From a virus (Duplodnaviria; Heunggongvirae; Uroviricota; Caudoviricetes; Ackermannviridae): DNA of 64,000 bases. The stretch is from positions 49,328-113,327 of IMG/VR virus record IMGVR_UViG_2974616520_000001; one strand, written 5' to 3'. Numbering within the stretch: the stretch's first letter is position 1; the number at the start of each line of letters is the position of its first letter. The position numbers were made by a program, and so were the translations under genes. This document shows positions 63,501 through 64,000 of this stretch, one piece after another. The notes under the pieces were generated by a model, which worked only from the letters and a program-made list of their open reading frames with translations, ran no database searches and was not told where the DNA came from.

Positions 63501-63510
63501 TGAGTTAAAA

Positions 63511-64000
63511 TCAACCCAATTTGTTCATTGCCAGTTTAAAGCGACGAATAAATTCGCTTTCTGCGTTTTCGAGCAGGCTATCGATCTTTCCACCATTAAC
63601 ATCTTTTGGTTCCCAGATGCCAGTAGCTTCATTCAGACGCCACTCTACAGACTCAGTCATCGCCTTAACATAGCAAACCTGCCCAGAAGGCCGGTCTACG
63701 ACATCGACAGCAGTCAGCATAAAGCCCGGAAGGACTTCAGTGCGGCCCGCCACTTCTTTTACTTCACCCAGGCCACGAGTACTGACAGCCAGGTTAAAGT
63801 CTGCTTCAGCCAGTGCACGAATGATCTGTCCCTTCTGGGTGTTGAGGATTCGTGCCTTGCCGATCGAGTTATTACCGTTCCAGGACATGGACTCAACCTT
63901 GATGGCTGCGTGCTCAATATCCGGGAATGGATAGTCAGGGTGTTTCAGTTCACCGATTGCGCGGCGGTCGTCGATATAGTCACGCTGATATGCGCCTACT
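63511..64000 (-). CDS. prohead core protease, gp21-like (N-terminus beyond window)
   Basis: ORF open to window end; position 21-22-23 synteny. Confidence 0.45.
   Translation of the reverse strand, partial: VGAYQRDYIDDRRAIGELKHPDYPFPDIEHAAIKVESMSWNGNNSIGKARILNTQKGQIIRALAEADFNLAVSTRGLGEVKEVAGRTEVLPGFMLTAVDVVDRPSGQVCYVKAMTESVEWRLNEATGIWEPKDVNGGKIDSLLENAESEFIRRFKLAMNKLG

Overview
This window is a segment of a T4-like (Tevenvirinae-like) myovirus genome, read from sequence composition and gene content alone. Coordinates 1-4666 carry a plus-strand baseplate block: a gp5-like central spike whose cell-wall domain is a CHAP/NlpC-P60-type peptidase rather than a lysozyme, a gp25-like wedge protein, and an upstream baseplate-associated gene behind a TATAAATA late promoter. 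Almost everything from 4663 to 64000 is minus-strand. Recognisable T4 core genes on that strand are: class Ia ribonucleotide reductase nrdA/nrdB with a glutaredoxin; PhoH; an endolysin (peptidoglycan-binding domain plus muramidase); gp61 primase; gp46/gp47 (SbcCD-like); gp55 late sigma factor; RNase HI; a DinG-like Fe-S helicase; an HU-like protein; gp45 clamp with gp44/gp62 clamp loader; RegA; UvsW; UvsY; and the head genes gp21 (partial), gp22 and gp23. A GIY-YIG homing endonuclease sits just downstream of gp23 in the T4 segD position, bracketed by duplicated UUCG-tetraloop terminators. Large stretches between the core genes are accessory and unknown. The candidates most worth a second look are four. 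First, a tightly coupled module at 35271-42488 with no T4 counterpart: a 757-aa N-terminal vWA protein, a 678-aa orphan, a Gp49-N/RyR-domain protein, a DUF3268-like zinc ribbon and an ACP-like protein lacking its serine. Second, a 921-aa orphan at 16833-19598. Third, an envelope-targeted cluster at 30699-33788: an SPFH/band-7 lipoprotein with an overlapping 2-TM partner and several secreted proteins. Fourth, a 411-aa orphan with a translationally coupled 39-aa TM peptide sitting where T4 has DNA polymerase, 3' of regA. Regulatory architecture readable from the sequence includes three near-identical T4-early-like promoters (GCTTTAC-N17-TATnnT with an A/T UP element). Late promoters come in two flavours: TATAAATA/CATAAATA, and CTAAATA at the head genes and gp45. 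Two genes share a 'late promoter-terminator hairpin-UAUUUUAUU-AUG' cassette. At least seven intercistronic positions carry GC-clamped tetraloop hairpins (UACG, UUCG, GCAA). A roughly 80-bp three-block element occurs in inverted orientation 46.5 kb apart, upstream of the gp5-like gene and upstream of gp45. No tRNA, rRNA or CRISPR array was found. All functional calls rest on remembered family motifs, not on database searches.
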